Below, piece by piece: positions 1 to 10,747 of a stretch of DNA of 64,000 nt. The stretch spans positions 54,244-118,243 of IMG/VR virus record IMGVR_UViG_3300036770_003093; one strand, 5' to 3'. The DNA is from a virus. Lineage: Duplodnaviria; Caudoviricetes. The stretch's first letter is position 1. Each line of letters opens with the position of its first letter. The notes beneath the pieces are model-generated. The model was not told the origin of the DNA and searched no databases. It saw only the letters and a program-made list of their open reading frames with translations. The position numbers and the translations under genes are program-made.

Positions 1-660
1 TGCATCTACAACTTTAGCAACATAGAACAACTTACTGCTATTCTTATCATAAAGCTTTTGCAGTTCAGATAGTGCGCGGTTGCGTAGTTTTTTACCCTCG
101 GTCTTAGTAACCATGGTTTCTTCTACCCTATCAAGATAAAATTTAGGTGGTACCGCGCGTGCGCGTGCGTCATCTAAACTTTTAGCAACAATAGAAAAAC
201 CTCCAGCATTAATAGCATGAAGCTTAATCCTGTCAAATGGATCACTAGGATCTAAGAATACAGGATCGTTACCACAGCGCAACGTAATCTTGTTCCAGAA
301 AGTTTTGTTGTTGGGTTGAAGCAGTTCAACCTTGTTCCAAAAATCTTTATCTTCTGGATCAATAATGTTAGCTGCAAGCTCACGCTCTAGTTCAGCAACT
401 GATGCGCGAATCTCACGAATATGAGCTTCACGAACTTCAGGGTCTAGTTTTTTGATTTCAGGAGCAAACTCGTTTAAACCGGTAAGGTAACGAGTAACAC
501 CATTCATCTCTACACAAGCTAACTGCTCTTCATGGTAAACACCATCATATAGAGTAAGCCCGTATTTTTCAAGACCTAGGTTAGAAATGTTGCCATCAAA
601 ATATGGCCTTACAGAAACAGGTGTTAGTTTCTTTGGATCTAAAGTTTCGACAATTGTCAT
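1..660 (-). CDS. Conserved crAss-like capsid-module protein (gene 75-like), runs off the window edge
   Basis: Not in the ORF track. Open frame from ATG at 660 (MTIVETLDPKKLTPVSVRPYFDG...) to base 1; lies downstream of the MCP as in crAss-like gene order. Confidence 0.7.
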   Translation of the reverse strand, partial: MTIVETLDPKKLTPVSVRPYFDGNISNLGLEKYGLTLYDGVYHEEQLACVEMNGVTRYLTGLNEFAPEIKKLDPEVREAHIREIRASVAELERELAANIIDPEDKDFWNKVELLQPNNKTFWNKITLRCGNDPVFLDPSDPFDRIKLHAINAGGFSIVAKSLDDARARAVPPKFYLDRVEETMVTKTEGKKLRNRALSELQKLYDKNSSKLFYVAKVVDA

Positions 661-682
661 GATTTGTTGGTTTTAAAAAGGG

Positions 683-1174
683 TTAGTTAATTACTAAAAA
701 GTGAATAGTCAAAGTGTTATTGAATGCATTTGTATCAATATTATAAATACGGATATCAAATGATCCAGCAGCAGGAGGACCATCAACAATAACTACAGGA
801 ATACCTGCACCAGGATGTTCTACAGTAAGAAGAATTGTACTAGTAGCAGTTACCTCGCTGTTATTCACAGTAAAGGCGGCATTGCTACCACCGGCTAGGG
901 TACTAGAAACAGTTGTGATGCGACCAGATGCAGCATTAAGAGTAACAGCAGTTGAAATAGCAGTTTGCTGAGTAACAGTAGAATTAGTTCCTAGAAAAGA
1001 ATCATACAAATCAGAAACAAGCACATTTTTAAAGCTAGTAAACTCAATAGCCCATGTTTTGTAACCATCATCACGAGTAGAATCAGGATTACCAAACAAT
1101 AGTAAGGCATTATCAGGTACAGTGGTAGAAACGATTTCGTTTGCTACTAAATATGAAAAATTAATCAGTTCCAT
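683..1174 (-). CDS. Putative auxiliary capsid/structural protein
   Basis: Thr/Ala/Val-rich beta-type C-terminal half; immediately downstream of the MCP. Confidence 0.5.
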   Translation of the reverse strand: MELINFSYLVANEIVSTTVPDNALLLFGNPDSTRDDGYKTWAIEFTSFKNVLVSDLYDSFLGTNSTVTQQTAISTAVTLNAASGRITTVSSTLAGGSNAAFTVNNSEVTATSTILLTVEHPGAGIPVVIVDGPPAAGSFDIRIYNIDTNAFNNTLTIHFLVIN

Positions 1175-1196
1175 TGTTATAAGTTTTGGTAAGTAA

Positions 1197-1227
1197 AAAT
1201 GGGGAGGATTTGACTCCTCCCCATTTG
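1197..1227 (-). terminator. Rho-independent terminator after MCP
   Basis: Inverted repeat aaatggggagg/ctccccattt with a T-run on the minus strand. Confidence 0.75.
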
Positions 1228-1243
1228 TTACTCAAGTTTATGA

Positions 1244-2860
1244 TTAGAATGAGCCGCCAGTGATTGGGTTACGCATAACAATCTTCAAAACTTTGGTAGG
1301 GTCTTTTACCCAGATTGCAGGCATAGTCTGAGTCATATACACACGGTAACCGTTGAATTGACCAGAGCTTGCAAATCCTTGAGAACGTCCCATGTAATCC
1401 ATGGTACCGTTTTGGTAGAACCACTTCAACTGATTATCCCAAGATAACTTCAACAAGAAGATGTTGTCATTAGTGTTATCAGTGATATCAAAGATGATGA
1501 AGCTGTAAGAAGACAAAGGATAACCATCAATGATTGGGTTTTCAATGTCGTTAGTAAATACGTTATCAAACGCAGGGTTCAATACAAACTTCACGTTGGC
1601 CAAGAAAGGAATCACATAGCTAGTGTACGCAAATCCAAAGTTCAAGTCCATACCTTTACCAGTGATAGCACCGATATCAGCAGCTTGAATCACCAAACCA
1701 GAGCTGATAGCTTCTTGTTTGATAGCCTCGTTGACCATACGCATACCACCCATACCAGTTTGTACAACTAGTGAACGTTGTGGATCTGGACCTTTGAATT
1801 CAACTTTACCATTGAAGAAGTTGAAGATCTCAGAGCGGAACAAGTCAAGGTTGAAGTTGTTCTTGTTGTAAACACGCTTGAAAGAGTTATCAAGCTGCTT
1901 CCATAGACCTACAGACAAACGCAAATCATCTGGACCATCTTGTTTGATACGTCCACCATGTCCCCACATCAAGTAGGTTTCGATGTCAGTAGCAATTTTG
2001 GTCAAGTGAGCAGCTTCCATTGTGGTCAAGAAAGTGCGAGACAAATCTCCATTTTCCATAGCACGCTTAACAGCATCTTTACCCATAGTTTTTACCATGT
2101 CTTCCAAAGACGTGATAGAAGGATCCATGCGCTTATCAAAGTTACGCCAGATCTCAGTTACAGGTACAGTACCGTCAGCATTCATACCACCTTTGATCAT
2201 AAGATCAGCGCGAGAAGAAATGCTATAGTGAACGTGAGCTTCAGCACCACCTACGTAGTTGTAGAACTCACGGTATCCAGCACCGGTTTGAATATCAGAG
2301 AAACGCTCTCCATATTCTCCACGCGCAGAACCTTTACGGAATACACGGGTACCATTAGCAAGATACTTGTTGTCCAAGAACCGGTAGTTGTCATTGTTCA
2401 CCAACTGCACAGTGTAGATAAATCCATCACCAATAGGCAGGATATCTTCAGCAGTGATGTACAATTCAGCGCCGTTGTATTTGTCATAAGTGATGATATC
2501 ACCATGACCAAACTCACGCTTGTTAATTTTAATCTTGAAGGTTTGACCATCAATACCTTTAGTAAGGTTGTTAGGCTCAATATCTTCAATAATGTAAGGA
2601 AGCTCAAGGCTTACTGGGGTTTGCCATTTGTACTCACCGCGAGCGTTATCAACCTGGATAACATTCTTACCGCCAAAAGAGGACATTTGATAAAGAGGCA
2701 TTTCTACTTTCTGAGCCATTGCCCAAAGGTCAACGGGGCCCATATCCATAGGTTCTGCATCTTTCAACATGTTCACTAAGTGGTAAGAATCCACGTGAGA
2801 ACTGGCAGCATACTTGGTATCTCGGAGGAATATACCATTATTTAAAACTGGAGTTGCCAT
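1244..2860 (-). CDS. Major capsid protein (crAss-like)
   Basis: 538 aa; position after portal and an acidic coiled-coil gene; strong codon bias; resembles crAss-like MCPs. Confidence 0.85.
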   Translation of the reverse strand: MATPVLNNGIFLRDTKYAASSHVDSYHLVNMLKDAEPMDMGPVDLWAMAQKVEMPLYQMSSFGGKNVIQVDNARGEYKWQTPVSLELPYIIEDIEPNNLTKGIDGQTFKIKINKREFGHGDIITYDKYNGAELYITAEDILPIGDGFIYTVQLVNNDNYRFLDNKYLANGTRVFRKGSARGEYGERFSDIQTGAGYREFYNYVGGAEAHVHYSISSRADLMIKGGMNADGTVPVTEIWRNFDKRMDPSITSLEDMVKTMGKDAVKRAMENGDLSRTFLTTMEAAHLTKIATDIETYLMWGHGGRIKQDGPDDLRLSVGLWKQLDNSFKRVYNKNNFNLDLFRSEIFNFFNGKVEFKGPDPQRSLVVQTGMGGMRMVNEAIKQEAISSGLVIQAADIGAITGKGMDLNFGFAYTSYVIPFLANVKFVLNPAFDNVFTNDIENPIIDGYPLSSYSFIIFDITDNTNDNIFLLKLSWDNQLKWFYQNGTMDYMGRSQGFASSGQFNGYRVYMTQTMPAIWVKDPTKVLKIVMRNPITGGSF

Positions 2861-2902
2861 GTTTTGTTGTTTGATTAAGGGTTAATTATTAAGTGTTAAA
2901 AG

Positions 2903-4159
2903 TTAAAATTTGAAAATGTTTTTGTTAGCGCGTTGTATAGTTTTTCTGGATTTATTAGTTGCTGTATCACTTTCACGCTCTACTACTGCAGAACCTACTC
3001 TACGAGCTTGTTCTGTTTTTAAGGAGCGCACAGTTTGCTCAGTTGCTGCGCGATTACCTTGAGATTTAATTTTAGTTTTAAATCCTTCAGGATCTGCTAG
3101 CAACCATAGAGCTTCAGCAATTAACTCATGATTAGGTTCAACCCACTGATACTTTTCTAAAAGGTGCCCCAACAAGTTAGTTGGTTTACCACTAATAGAT
3201 GGATATCCTGGTTGTACTAATCCAGTATAAAGCATATTTTGAGTCTTACGATCAAGCTTTACACCACCAAGTTCACCTTTTTCAAGAACACCATATACAC
3301 TATCTACAAATTGACCTGCGATAGCTTGTTGTTGTTCTTTTTGTTTTTCCTGCTCTGCAATGCGACGGGCAACTTCTTTTTCTCGAACAGCCTCTAGTTT
3401 AGGTTTATACTGACTAGCTTTTTGCTCAAGACGATCCATATCTTTAAATGTTGCAATCTCGTCTTCAATCTCGTCTTGTGACATATCACCTTTTAGAGAT
3501 AAATACTGGCGAACAATTATTTCCTGATCATTAGGATCAGAAGGATCAAGTTCCATTGCCTCATTAACTTGAGACAGTTGTTGCATCATACCTTTCAAAT
3601 CTGTTCCACCTTTAGATATATAATCCATAAGGTATTGCATTTCTCCAGGCATAGATTGAAAAATCTGCTGAGGAATTCTTTGAGAAAGTTCTGCTTCTTT
3701 TTCTTTCATGTTAGCTTCAAAAAGCTCACGAAAGTCTTTTGCAGAATACTCATCTAAAGGCTTGTCGTCATCAAATGGAAAAAGAACACCTTCTTCAATC
3801 ATTTTTGATGCAAGTTCTACAAGACCACTCTTGTCAACTTTTTTACGACCACGACCACTAGAATCCTCTTGTTGAGAGATTAAACTATCAAGTTCATTCA
3901 ATGCTTCTTCAGCATCTTCAGTGCTTAATGATTCATCATCATTTGAAGTTTCAACCTTTGCAGCAGGTTTTGCTGGTTGCGGTTTATTGTCAAGGAACGA
4001 AGTGTCTACACCTGTAGACGAAAAGATATTAGGTTTTTTCTCATCTTCCTCTTCACCTTGAACAATGATGTTCTCGGCGCCGGGAAGAGCAAACAGTTCA
4101 TCAATGTTGACATCTGCTTGTGTAACCTGTGTTACCTCTTCATTTTTATTTTCTGCCAT
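2903..4159 (-). CDS. Acidic coiled-coil capsid assembly/scaffold-like protein (crAss gene 77-like)
   Basis: Very acidic and helical; sits between portal and MCP. Confidence 0.65.
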   Translation of the reverse strand: MAENKNEEVTQVTQADVNIDELFALPGAENIIVQGEEEDEKKPNIFSSTGVDTSFLDNKPQPAKPAAKVETSNDDESLSTEDAEEALNELDSLISQQEDSSGRGRKKVDKSGLVELASKMIEEGVLFPFDDDKPLDEYSAKDFRELFEANMKEKEAELSQRIPQQIFQSMPGEMQYLMDYISKGGTDLKGMMQQLSQVNEAMELDPSDPNDQEIIVRQYLSLKGDMSQDEIEDEIATFKDMDRLEQKASQYKPKLEAVREKEVARRIAEQEKQKEQQQAIAGQFVDSVYGVLEKGELGGVKLDRKTQNMLYTGLVQPGYPSISGKPTNLLGHLLEKYQWVEPNHELIAEALWLLADPEGFKTKIKSQGNRAATEQTVRSLKTEQARRVGSAVVERESDTATNKSRKTIQRANKNIFKF

Positions 4160-4175
4160 TGTTTGTTGGTTTATG

Positions 4176-4196
4176 TTATTAATATAGACAAATTTA
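4176..4196 (-). promoter_or_regulatory. Putative promoter for the capsid operon
   Basis: Minus strand reads TAAATTTG (Bacteroidota TAnnTTTG element) followed by TCTATATTAATAA. Confidence 0.55.
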
Positions 4197-4267
4197 TTAT
4201 ATAAACTTTAAAAAGTTGAAATCGTTAGAGTTGTAATCAGGAAAAATAGTTTATTATATAGCACGCA

Positions 4268-7042
4268 CTATTTTTTCTTCTTATTTGATTCTGCTTCTTT
4301 CTCTTTTTTAATGTTCTTTAAATCATACTGATTCTTGTTTTCACGAGCAATTTGTACCTGAGCATTTATTTTTTCTCGTTCAACTTGTAACTTTTCTCTT
4401 TGAATATTTAGTTTTTCAGCCTCTGTAAGCTTTCTATTAGTTTCTTTTTCTCGTTGAAGATTAGTTTGCTCTTGGTATTGTTCTGTTTCTCTGATTTCTT
4501 TCATGGCATCTTGATAGTCAGATTGCTCATTTTTATTAATATCCATCATAGAACCATAGCCGGCAGCTCTAATTTCAGCAACAAGAATATCTTTTTGACG
4601 ATCTTTCTCTTTTTCTGCAGCCTCATATTGTTGTTTCATCTGCTCTTCTTGTTGTTTAGCCTGTTGTGCTTGTTGAGCAAGTTGCTGTTCTTGTTGATAC
4701 TGCTCTTGACGTTGAGCATTAGTTTTCTCCTCAATCTTCTTAAGAACACCAGAAACATCTGCCATAGATTCAGCCTCAATGATTTGGCCAAGATCATATA
4801 TGCTTGCGCCGGCAGTATTGTTTTGAACAGCTAGTTGTTTAATCTGATCTAAGATAGCTCTATGATTAGCTTTGGTTGTAGCATATACACCAATGTCTCT
4901 TAACAACAGATCAGTGCCATTCATCTGGAAGTTAACAATCTCGTCTTTAGAAGAGATGTATTGTAAACGAGATGAAGGTTTAGTAGAATAGTAGTATTGT
5001 GCAATGTCCGTGCGCATCTGATGCACGCGAGGCATTAGATAGTCACAGTGTTGTATAAAGTACTGTTCTGTTTGAGCATATGACCCAACAACAGCTTGCT
5101 CAATAGCAGTAGCTGTTTGTTGACCAATTTGTTGACCCATACGTTGTGGTGTTACACCAACTACTTCAAAAGCTTGCATCTTAAAGTAATTAGCAAGCTG
5201 GATCCTAGACATTAGTCTTTCTGTTTGAGAAAGATCTAGTTTTTGGAAGTGATTAAAGTTTAACGCATTCTCAGTATTAGTTATACTAGTATCTAAAGGT
5301 AGCATCTGAAAGTTCTTCATTGCTACATACGCCTTGGCTAGATTATTCCTACCCCAGTCTTCACCTGCAGAGTGGCGAGGTAAAGTATTTTGATCAAGTA
5401 GAATTACTGTACCAAGCTCGTCAACAAGAATATCAGCAATCTGGTTATTAACAATGTTATAACCAATTTGGAAAGGTTTCATCAAGTCGACGAGCGAAGT
5501 TGATCTAGTATTACGATCTGAGAAAACAGAACCCTCAACAGGCAACTTACAACCATACAAGGTAGTATCACCTTTCATTTGGTAGCGTAGTCTTCCTGGA
5601 CGATTCTTTTGTACACCTAGGTAAATAGGATTAATACCGCCGGGGTTATTCATTCCCCAAAAAGAAGGGTGATTGGGACCAATCTTTACACCACCCCAAA
5701 CATCATTAATCCAGATCCAATCAATGTGCTCACCAAAAATTAAATTGTCTTTGTTTTTATTCTTAAACAGAGTAGTGTCATATACAGGCTTATCAGTCAC
5801 AATATAATCTTCTCCAATAACAGCTGTTTCTACATTTCCTAGTTCATCAATTTTAGTTAGATGGCCTACGCGTCTTTGTGACTTCCAATATACAGTTGTT
5901 ACTCTTAGTAAGTGGGCCACGCCAACATCCAAGTAATCCTCGCTCTCAGAAAGAATCCAGTTTACAATATCACCACCATTATAAATCCAGTTGTCATATA
6001 CAGATGTAAACTGACGATATGCAAGACTTGGCATACTAGTATTCCACTCATGAGATTTCGTAGCATCATAGTAGGTGCCATCATTTTGATAACCTTGAAT
6101 AGGATAACCTGCAGAGCGCACCGGGTAAATAGCTTCTAATGACTTAAGTTCATCCTCAGTCATCAAATAACCATATTTATCAATGACATCTGAAACAGAT
6201 AACATATCTGTTTTACCTACCCAGTTACCCTGGGAGATATAACGAATATCCGGCGACTTGTGATAGAAAGTTAAAACTGGATTCCAGAGCTCTACATCAT
6301 AGTCATCTTCCATCATGTGAAAATGCCAAAACTCTCTATCTGTGATCAACATGTCACGAAAAGCGCGTTCTTCTAACTCTTCAATTTTGAAACGCTCCAT
6401 GTCATGCTGCATAAGGTGGGTAGCCCACTGTTCTGCTTGTGACTTATAGTTAGTTCTAAAGTAATCTTCAATTTCCGGTAAACTCTTTAGCTTTTCAGGT
6501 GATAGTTCTTGTTGAGCTTCTTCAGATTCAATATCCATGCCCATTTCGAGCAACTTATTTGTAATCTTAATTTGAGCATCAGTTAAAAGATACTCTTCAA
6601 CCATGGACTTCTTTTGTTCAAGAAGCTCATTATATGAATACTCGTCAATAGCTTTAAAATTGATTTTAGTGTTTCTTTTAGCAAATTCAGACACAAGAAC
6701 ATTAATTACATTTGGGATAATAGGATAGAACTTAAGTTCTAGTGCACTATAGTCTTCTTGTGTAAGAGTTTCAACAAGATCTGACATTTCATTGTTTTCA
6801 CTAACAATATAGTCTGTCTTATCAATGATCCCCTTTGCTAATTTGTAGTTCTTCATAAGGCGCCGCGCATTACGACGCAGTTGCTTTATACCATTCCACT
6901 CTAACCAGTCAACATTCCAGGCTGCCCACTCATCAGTCTTTTCTTTGTCAGGTATAAATTGTAAGGGTTGGGTAACACTACCTAACCTATTGTAATCTGC
7001 CTTTGCTCCATTCTTGAGCTGTAATGCATTATATATTTGCAT
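4268..7042 (-). CDS. Portal protein
   Basis: 924 aa directly after TerL; YPIIPNVINVLVSE motif and Q-rich C-terminal coiled coil typical of crAss-like portals. Confidence 0.85.
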   Translation of the reverse strand: MQIYNALQLKNGAKADYNRLGSVTQPLQFIPDKEKTDEWAAWNVDWLEWNGIKQLRRNARRLMKNYKLAKGIIDKTDYIVSENNEMSDLVETLTQEDYSALELKFYPIIPNVINVLVSEFAKRNTKINFKAIDEYSYNELLEQKKSMVEEYLLTDAQIKITNKLLEMGMDIESEEAQQELSPEKLKSLPEIEDYFRTNYKSQAEQWATHLMQHDMERFKIEELEERAFRDMLITDREFWHFHMMEDDYDVELWNPVLTFYHKSPDIRYISQGNWVGKTDMLSVSDVIDKYGYLMTEDELKSLEAIYPVRSAGYPIQGYQNDGTYYDATKSHEWNTSMPSLAYRQFTSVYDNWIYNGGDIVNWILSESEDYLDVGVAHLLRVTTVYWKSQRRVGHLTKIDELGNVETAVIGEDYIVTDKPVYDTTLFKNKNKDNLIFGEHIDWIWINDVWGGVKIGPNHPSFWGMNNPGGINPIYLGVQKNRPGRLRYQMKGDTTLYGCKLPVEGSVFSDRNTRSTSLVDLMKPFQIGYNIVNNQIADILVDELGTVILLDQNTLPRHSAGEDWGRNNLAKAYVAMKNFQMLPLDTSITNTENALNFNHFQKLDLSQTERLMSRIQLANYFKMQAFEVVGVTPQRMGQQIGQQTATAIEQAVVGSYAQTEQYFIQHCDYLMPRVHQMRTDIAQYYYSTKPSSRLQYISSKDEIVNFQMNGTDLLLRDIGVYATTKANHRAILDQIKQLAVQNNTAGASIYDLGQIIEAESMADVSGVLKKIEEKTNAQRQEQYQQEQQLAQQAQQAKQQEEQMKQQYEAAEKEKDRQKDILVAEIRAAGYGSMMDINKNEQSDYQDAMKEIRETEQYQEQTNLQREKETNRKLTEAEKLNIQREKLQVEREKINAQVQIARENKNQYDLKNIKKEKEAESNKKKK

Positions 7043-7043
7043 C

Positions 7044-9248
7044 TTATTTAAAGTTTTTAAATGGACTCCTCTTCATACCTACTGGCAATACAGATTTGCC
7101 CATGTGTCTAAACGGACTATTATTAAATTTACTCAATTTATCTGATTTTTCCAATTTACCGTCATCTCTAATTACACGCTTTACATATCCCCGGTTTGTT
7201 TGCTGAATTTTAGCAAATGCTACCAGGGCAGAAAAAGCAACTAATCTATCCACGTTAAGACCATCTTGATAAGCCTGCATTTCGCGCAATAGCATTATAT
7301 CAGGTATACGTTCAACACCAAATTTTGTACGTACAACTTTACCATCTTCATCTATTTCCTCATCTAGCTTTTCTTGCAGATACTCAATAGCATAAGATAG
7401 AAGATGACTTTTAAATAAGGTGCCGGTATTCTTCCAACCATAATCTGCATATACAGCTTTGTTAGAAGTAATTTCTTTCAAGAAAAGTATCTGATCTTTT
7501 GGTACCAAATACTTTTGCTTACGCTTCATCATCATGTATTGAATAAATAAGCTGACGTTATTCTCTACAAGAGTCCAAGCATTATAAAATTCAATTATGT
7601 TTTCTAGGCGCTCATGAGTTTGCTTAATATCATCAAAACGGCCACACCAGGATGCAACAATTTTATCTCCCTCTACATAACTATTTACAGTATCAGCTTC
7701 AACCTTTGTAACTTCCGTTGGAGCTTTATACACAAATATCGAGCACAACGAATCTGACGTTGTAGTTTTTCCTTCTCCCACAGGGTCAATAGACGCGTAG
7801 TACATGCCAAAAGACGGATCCTTAACAGGGCGCTCGTATATAACCACGACACCCTCTTTATCAACCGCATTTTTAGGGACTGGAAATTCATTAATAGGGA
7901 GCTTACGAGTTTCTTTAATAACAACTTTATCATGTTCATCACGAATTAAATTAACATATTCAATAGAAATTTCTTTATCTAAAATACGTCTAATTTGCGC
8001 ATTAACAAGATGTTGTGGAAACTTTGACTCCTTTCTATAAGCAAAAGCCTCTTCTATATTTCTAGGATGCTGTGATATACGCAATTGATACTTATCTGCC
8101 GGCAACTCTTTCTTCCATGTGGCAAACTGTTCTTCTAATGCTACAAGGGCTTCTTCCACTTTTGAATTGCCATATTCGTCGATAAAGGGTGGCATTGACC
8201 ACTGCTCTGGTATGAATAATCCAGATTTTCCATGGGTGCCGTCTTTATCAATAAGATTTGATTCCACCGCGTAAATATCATTTACCTCTGGTTTTAGAAT
8301 CATTTCTTTGAGAGGTTCACATTGATCAAGATCACCTACAGATCCTGCTGCTATAAACATACCACTGGTTATAAAACCAGATTTTAGTGCAGGTCTTATA
8401 TACTCAAAAGTATCATTCATCTTTGGTGCAATACCGGCTTCTTCATGAAAGAAGTATTTACATGGACCACCTACACCATTTGTGGGATCTTTCTCAAATG
8501 ACATACCTTGAATAGTACCTTTAAGACCAACCTCACTTTTTCTATTACCCTTACGCACCTCAATCTTCTGTTGCCACATTAATGTCTTACTAGGATTGAA
8601 TGGTCTATACCATGCAGTATGCTCATTCAAGAAAGCAGCATATTCATCTAGCATTTTCCAGGTACCTTTCTCATTAATGTAATCTTTAAGACTAGCACCC
8701 ATTTTTAAGGTAACACCCTCTTCAAACCAAACCTGATTTATAAGCTTTGCAGAATGAAAGTATGAACTAGCAATCTGACGTTTCTTAAGAATGGCGCTGT
8801 GTTTATAATGAAGCTCTGCTAGTAACTCATAAAGGGCCATATGATACTGCGCGTCGCGAACTTTTGCAAAACCAAACAGGCTCTCTTCCTTATCGTAAAT
8901 AGGTAAGAAATTAAGCCACATGTAGTAATCACGGCATACATACCATGTCTTATCACCAGAAATAACTATTATACCATTTCTGTTTTTTACTTTCTGATCA
9001 TCCCAGTAGTTGACAAAATCTTTGCTTTTAATAGGCGCCTGGCAAAAATAGTTGCGTTCATTAAATATGGTTGCCTGTTCGTTAAAGATAGCAGTGTCTT
9101 CATTAAAACCATACTGACCTGGTTCTTTAAACCGGTCAAGTACAAAAGATTTAAACTCTTCACGATTACCAAATTCTGTAACTTCCCAGTTTCCATTACG
9201 CCAGGTTGGTATACGCTCATAGTATTTTACACCACTCCTACTGATCAT
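7044..9248 (-). CDS. terL: Terminase large subunit
   Basis: ILKKRQIASS (Walker A variant), FFHEEAG (Walker B), SIDPV and VENN nuclease motifs, NVDRLVA. Confidence 0.9.
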   Translation of the reverse strand: MISRSGVKYYERIPTWRNGNWEVTEFGNREEFKSFVLDRFKEPGQYGFNEDTAIFNEQATIFNERNYFCQAPIKSKDFVNYWDDQKVKNRNGIIVISGDKTWYVCRDYYMWLNFLPIYDKEESLFGFAKVRDAQYHMALYELLAELHYKHSAILKKRQIASSYFHSAKLINQVWFEEGVTLKMGASLKDYINEKGTWKMLDEYAAFLNEHTAWYRPFNPSKTLMWQQKIEVRKGNRKSEVGLKGTIQGMSFEKDPTNGVGGPCKYFFHEEAGIAPKMNDTFEYIRPALKSGFITSGMFIAAGSVGDLDQCEPLKEMILKPEVNDIYAVESNLIDKDGTHGKSGLFIPEQWSMPPFIDEYGNSKVEEALVALEEQFATWKKELPADKYQLRISQHPRNIEEAFAYRKESKFPQHLVNAQIRRILDKEISIEYVNLIRDEHDKVVIKETRKLPINEFPVPKNAVDKEGVVVIYERPVKDPSFGMYYASIDPVGEGKTTTSDSLCSIFVYKAPTEVTKVEADTVNSYVEGDKIVASWCGRFDDIKQTHERLENIIEFYNAWTLVENNVSLFIQYMMMKRKQKYLVPKDQILFLKEITSNKAVYADYGWKNTGTLFKSHLLSYAIEYLQEKLDEEIDEDGKVVRTKFGVERIPDIMLLREMQAYQDGLNVDRLVAFSALVAFAKIQQTNRGYVKRVIRDDGKLEKSDKLSKFNNSPFRHMGKSVLPVGMKRSPFKNFK

Positions 9249-9750
9249 ATGCTAAGTTTTGGCCTCCGCGAACTGAGGATTGTTGTTCATCTTTAAGATC
9301 TCTGTATGCACCTTTAAAGCTTTCACGAATCTGTTGATACTTAGCTGCAGCATTAACAAGAGAGTTGATATTACCATCTCTACCATGCTCAATTGGCGTA
9401 TTTTCCATGTAATCTGCCAATCTATCAAGCATTGTTTTGATTCCCCTGTACGCGCGCGATGTTGGTGTTTCATACAGTTTCTTAACAACATCTAATGCAT
9501 GCATGATATAAGCATCCTCTGTAGAAAAGTCAGCATCTATTTCTTGAAGAATAAGCTCTTCGCGATCAATATCTGGAACATCAAAAAAAGGATTTAGATC
9601 CGGGTTCATACAGGTCATGTAAAACACATACTGATAAATCTTAATATAGTTATCAGGATATTCATCCATGATAGTCTTAAGACTTTTCATAGTGTAGCAG
9701 TGCTCAGTAGGCACCACAGCACCATTTTGAATATCAAATATTCTCACCAT
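9238..9750 (-). CDS. Conserved helical protein, possible terminase small subunit
   Basis: Overlaps the TerL start; the function is inferred from position only. Confidence 0.45.
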   Translation of the reverse strand: MVRIFDIQNGAVVPTEHCYTMKSLKTIMDEYPDNYIKIYQYVFYMTCMNPDLNPFFDVPDIDREELILQEIDADFSTEDAYIMHALDVVKKLYETPTSRAYRGIKTMLDRLADYMENTPIEHGRDGNINSLVNAAAKYQQIRESFKGAYRDLKDEQQSSVRGGQNLAYDQ

Positions 9751-10124
9751 TGTAATTGATCTTTATACAAATTAAAATCATCGTCAAACGTATCATATGA
9801 AACAGTTATCTCTTCATCAGGATAAATATCTCTAGAAGCAATCATTTTATCTTCTTCAAACACTACACAATTTGGATTAGATGTATGATTCTGAAAAACT
9901 GAATGATCACAAGATGAATAATAATAATCACCATCTCTCCAAAAATATTTATCTATATGCTTTTGCTGAACGTGATTTAAAGTCTCATATATGTCTTTGT
10001 GAAACTTTATATCTAAACCTTCAATAAACTGCCATATAACAGTATTTTTTGGTATGAGCTCGTTAGCAAATAGACCAAAACCTTTTCCTGGTGATTCTGA
10101 TATGTATGTTTCTACTAGTAACAT
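9744..10124 (-). CDS. SET-domain protein (putative lysine methyltransferase)
   Basis: GKGFGLFA, FQNHTSNPNC and ASRDIYPDEEITVSY match SET signature motifs. Confidence 0.85.
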   Translation of the reverse strand: MLLVETYISESPGKGFGLFANELIPKNTVIWQFIEGLDIKFHKDIYETLNHVQQKHIDKYFWRDGDYYYSSCDHSVFQNHTSNPNCVVFEEDKMIASRDIYPDEEITVSYDTFDDDFNLYKDQLQW

Positions 10125-10747
10125 TAGTCCTTATTGTTAATATTATAATAGTAACAATCAGTGTCTTCACTTACCCATTTATCAGAAACTGTTTCTACAG
10201 ATGGTAGATCTTCATCAACTTTTATTCTTTTCAACTCAAAAGGAAAATCTTTTGTAATCCAATTTGAATCTCTCCAAACTATTCTATTATTAGGTTGACA
10301 TAGTAAATAACCGTCATCTGCAACTAGTATGTGTCCACATTTATAATCAGAAGGTTCATCAGAATAAGAGTTGTTATACCAATCTACAGTCATTAAATAA
10401 GTAGCCCATACTTTAGAACCGTCTTTTAATATAACTTGACAACGCTTTTCATATAAATAGTCATAAATGGTAACAGAAACGTTTTCACTAAAGCAGTCCC
10501 AAAGCTGTTTAAAATCATAAGGAATATCATTTGTAGGAATCTTTATAAATATCTCAGACATAGGAACCCTTGATCTAAGCATACCATAATCTGTCATAAC
10601 ATGAAAGGTTAAAATCTTCATTGTTAATGACTGTATAGCAAAGGCATAACAGTTATGATAAGTGTTTTTATCAGCAACATCTTTTGTAAAATGAGATGCT
10701 CTTACAAAGCACTTGAAACTCTTTATATTTTCGTTTAGAATAGCCAT
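10124..10747 (-). CDS. Conserved phage hypothetical protein
   Basis: 207-aa ORF coupled to its neighbours; QLWDCFS and QPNNRIVW motifs. Confidence 0.7.
   Translation of the reverse strand: MAILNENIKSFKCFVRASHFTKDVADKNTYHNCYAFAIQSLTMKILTFHVMTDYGMLRSRVPMSEIFIKIPTNDIPYDFKQLWDCFSENVSVTIYDYLYEKRCQVILKDGSKVWATYLMTVDWYNNSYSDEPSDYKCGHILVADDGYLLCQPNNRIVWRDSNWITKDFPFELKRIKVDEDLPSVETVSDKWVSEDTDCYYYNINNKD

Noticed and set aside
1940-2779. 279-aa plus-strand ORF and other antisense ORFs inside long genes
   Set aside because: These are shadows of codon bias in the real opposite-strand genes.
1244-9248. Introns or inteins in MCP, portal or TerL
   Set aside because: The ORFs are uninterrupted and of ordinary size, and I noticed no intein motifs.
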